A stretch of 40,860 nucleotides of DNA, taken from an uncultured Ruficoccus sp. (GTDB lineage Bacteria; Verrucomicrobiota; Verrucomicrobiia; Opitutales; Cerasicoccaceae). Below the pieces are notes generated by a model. It made no database searches, had not been told where the DNA came from, and saw only the letters and a list, made by a program, of their open reading frames with translations. A program made the translations under genes and the position numbers. Positions 38,099-40,860 of the stretch are shown here, piece by piece; the first letter of the stretch is position 1; each line of letters opens with the position of its first letter. The stretch lies in the NCBI GenBank assembly GCA_965140785.1, contig OZ223485.1, positions 1 to 40,860 of the forward strand. The letters run 5' to 3'.

Positions 38099-39641
38099 AT
38101 GAAGACTTTTACGCTCACCACCGCGATTGACTACGCCAACGGCTCGCCCCACATCGGCCACGCCTACGAGAAGGTTTTATCCGATGTGATCTGCCGCCAC
38201 CGCCGTCTGCAAGGGGACGAGGTGTACTTCCTCACCGGCCTGGACGAGCACGGCCAGAAAGTCCAGCAGAGCGCCCGCAAGCAGGGGATCGAGCCGCAGG
38301 AGTTTTGTGACCGGGTGGCCGGGGAGTTTCAGCGGCTGTGCGCGGAGCTGCTCATTTCGAACAACGACTTTATCCGCACCACCGAGCCGCGCCACAAAGA
38401 CGTGGTCCGCGGCATCCTCCAGCATCTCTTCGACAAGGGCGAGATCTACCAGGCCGAGTACAGCGGCTTTTACAGTGCCCGGCAGGAGCAGTTCCTCCAG
38501 GAGAAGGATAAGGTCAACGGCCAGTGGCCGGACATTTTCGGCGAGGTGATCGAGATCACGGAGAAAAATTACTTCTTCAAGCTGAGCCAATACCAGGACT
38601 GGTTGATCGACTTTTTGAAAACGCAGGAGGACTTCATCTTCCCGCGCTTCCGGCAGAAACAGGTGCTGGAGTTTCTCAAGGAGCCGCTCAACGACCTGTG
38701 CATTTCCCGCCCCAAGGAGCGCCTGGAGTGGGGCATTCCGCTGCCCTTCGACGAGGATTACGTGACCTACGTGTGGTTCGACGCGCTGACGAACTACATC
38801 AGCGCCCCCGGCTACGGCGACGGTACCGGGGACTTCGAGAAGCGCTGGCCGGCGGACTTCCACGTCATCGGCAAGGACATCCTCGTGCCCCCGCACGCCG
38901 TTTACTGGCCGATCATGCTCCAGGCCGCGGGCATTGAGCTGCCGCGCCACCTGCTCGTGCATGGCTGGTGGAATCTCTCCGGCCAGAAGATGTCCAAGAG
39001 CGCGGGCAACATCGTCAACCCCTTCGAGCTGGCGGAGAAATTCGGCCCCGACTCGCTGCGGTACTTCTTTATCCGCGAGATGACGGTCGGGCAGGACAGT
39101 GATTTTACGACCGAGCAGTTTTTAACCCGCTACACCGACGACCTCGGCAACGACCTGGGTAATCTCCTCTCGCGCCTGCTCAACATGGGCGGCCGCTACT
39201 GCGAGGGCGGGGCCATCCCCGCCGCCACCGTGGACGAGGAGCCCGAACAGGAGCTGCGCAAGCTCTGGAACGAGACCCACCCGGAGGTGCAGGAGCGCTT
39301 CGAGCAATTCCAGTTCCACAACGGCCTCGACAAGACCTTCGCCTTCATCCGCGCCATCAACCGCTACGCCGAGATTCGCGCCCCCTGGAAGCTGGCCAAG
39401 TCCGACGACCCGGCCGACAAGGCCAAGCTGGAGACCTCGCTCGCCACCATGGCCGAGGGCCTGCGTCTGGCCTGCGTGCTGCTCACCCCCCGTCATGCCC
39501 GGCGTGGCCGAGAAAACACTCGGCCTGCTCGGTACCGAGGCCATCACCGCCTACGCGGGTAACCTCGACTGGGACTACCGCCTCGAAGGCAAAACCCTCG
39601 GCGAGAAGACCATCCTCTTCCCCCGCCCGCAGAGCGAGTAG
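38099..39641 (+). CDS. metG: Methionine--tRNA ligase, short form (apparent frameshift near 39490)
   Basis: TTAIDYANGSPHIGHAY, FLTGLDEHGQK, FIRTT, DLCISR..WGIP, YVWFDAL, IGKDI, HGWW, KMSKS, NDLGNL. Removing one C from the C run at 39487-39491 gives PVMPGVAEKTL..ILFPRPQSE-stop. Confidence 0.96.
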
Positions 39642-39671
39642 GGGGGCTATTGGCTTTGTCATATTTTTATG

Positions 39672-39808
39672 GGACGCTCGATTTTGATGCTTCCGCGCTG
39701 TGATTGGGCAAGCCAGCGGCAGTTGGTTTGCCCAATCACAGGTACGATGCGCAGCATCGAAAGTGCAGGCTATGCCTGCCGCAGGGTATGGGGGCGCGGA
39801 GCCCCCAT
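39672..39808. repeat. Multi-hairpin structured element, copy 2 (inverted relative to copy 1)
   Basis: Perfect 14-bp stem CTGTGATTGGGCAA/TTGCCCAATCACAG (39698-711/39728-741) plus three smaller hairpins; shares CTGCACTTTCGATGCT and AAGCATCAAAA with copy 1. Confidence 0.7.
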
Positions 39809-39821
39809 TATAAATGCATAG

Positions 39822-40860
39822 ATGGAAATCGTCCCCTCAGAGCGTTTCCCGAATCGCGACCCGCAGGGCCTGCTGGGCTTCCTCGGGTACTGTCGCGAGG
39901 TGGCCGTGAAAAAGGGCCGCCCGCAGCTGGCCAGTATTTCGCTCGCGGTCAAGCACATCGACCCGCTCGCCGTGCTGGAGTCGATCTACGAGCCGGGCGA
40001 GCTGCACGTCTATTTGGAGCAGCCGCAGGCGGACGAGGCTGTGGCCGGGGCCGAGGCCATCCTGAGCGCCAACTTCGCCGGGGCGGACCGCTTCGCGCGG
40101 ACGCGGGACTGGCTCGCGCAGGTCTGGGACAACACCATCGCCATCGGCGACCTCGACCGCGCTCACAGCGGGCCGCGTGCCTTCGCGGCCTTCACCTTTG
40201 CGCAAGAAAGCGGCAGCGACACGACGGCCTTTGCGCCCGCCACAATTTTTATTCCGCGCTGGCAGGTGGCATGCCGTCAGGGGGTGTCCACCGCCGTGGC
40301 CAACGTGCCCGTCGCCGCCGATGCGCCTATCGAGGCGCTGGCGCAGAAGGTCTTGGGCGCTCACGCCAAGTTCTCCGTTTTCGACTACACGGACCTTCCG
40401 GCGGAGGAGGCCGCGCCCCCGGCTGTATTCAAAAAGCATGACGTCGGCGGCGGGGAGTGGTTCACGGAGGCGGTGGAGAAGGCGCTGGCCGACATCCGCG
40501 CCGGTCGCTACCGCAAGATCGTGCTCGCCCGCGCCGTGGACCTGGAGGCGGGCCGCGATTTTAACCCGCTGGAGACGCTCAACGCCCTGCGCGAGGCCTA
40601 CCCGTCGTGCTTTTCCTTTTCCTTCTCGACGGGCGCAGCCGCAGCTTCATCGGGGCCACGCCCGAGCGGCTGGCTCAGGTGGTACGGGGACGGCTCGTGA
40701 CCGCCGCGCTCGCCGGCTCGGCTCCGCGCGGCCTTCGCGCCCGCGAGGACGCCCACATCGGCGCCGAGCTGCTGGCCAACGACAAGGACCTGCGCGAGCA
40801 CCGTCACGTGGCCGACGCGATCGAGCGCCGCCTGCGCGCACTCGGGCTGGACCCGGTCAG
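39822..40860 (+). CDS. Isochorismate synthase (MST chorismate-binding family, MenF-like); apparent frameshift near 40632; 3' end off window
   Basis: AFAAFTF, IFIPRWQV, KIVLARAV, YPSCFSFSF; after the shift FIGATPERL..ALAGSAPRG..LLANDKDLREHRHVADAI. Confidence 0.88.

Overview
High-GC (about 60-65% by eye) bacterial chromosomal segment made mostly of housekeeping genes: ligA (cut by the window edge), hldD, proC, folD, pyrE, smc, ilvE, acylphosphatase, alaS, leuB, ribD, rdgB, metG and an isochorismate synthase (cut by the edge). These are mixed with two sensor-less hybrid His kinases, transport and envelope genes (SSS symporter, ABC ATPase/permease/TPR-like trio, orphan solute-binding protein, outer-membrane barrel, DUF748 protein, ClC-family protein) and several hypotheticals. 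Gene style suggests Verrucomicrobiota/Opitutales, which is my inference and is not verified. proC, folD, pyrE, smc, metG and the isochorismate synthase are broken by single-base indels, mostly in short homopolymers, most likely long-read assembly errors. I saw no rRNA, tRNA, CRISPR array or transposase. The most interesting signals are non-coding. (1) A low-GC orphan gene between leuB and alaS is enclosed by perfect 32-bp, 9-bp-periodic inverted arms, with an 'empty' arm pair of similar design at the other end of alaS and a solo arm elsewhere, suggesting a small gene-cassette system. (2) Two inverted copies of a ~135-nt multi-hairpin element with compensatory base changes flank metG. (3) Two different CTAG-bounded MITE-like elements are present. 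(4) LigA and MetRS both lack their usual Zn-binding cysteines.
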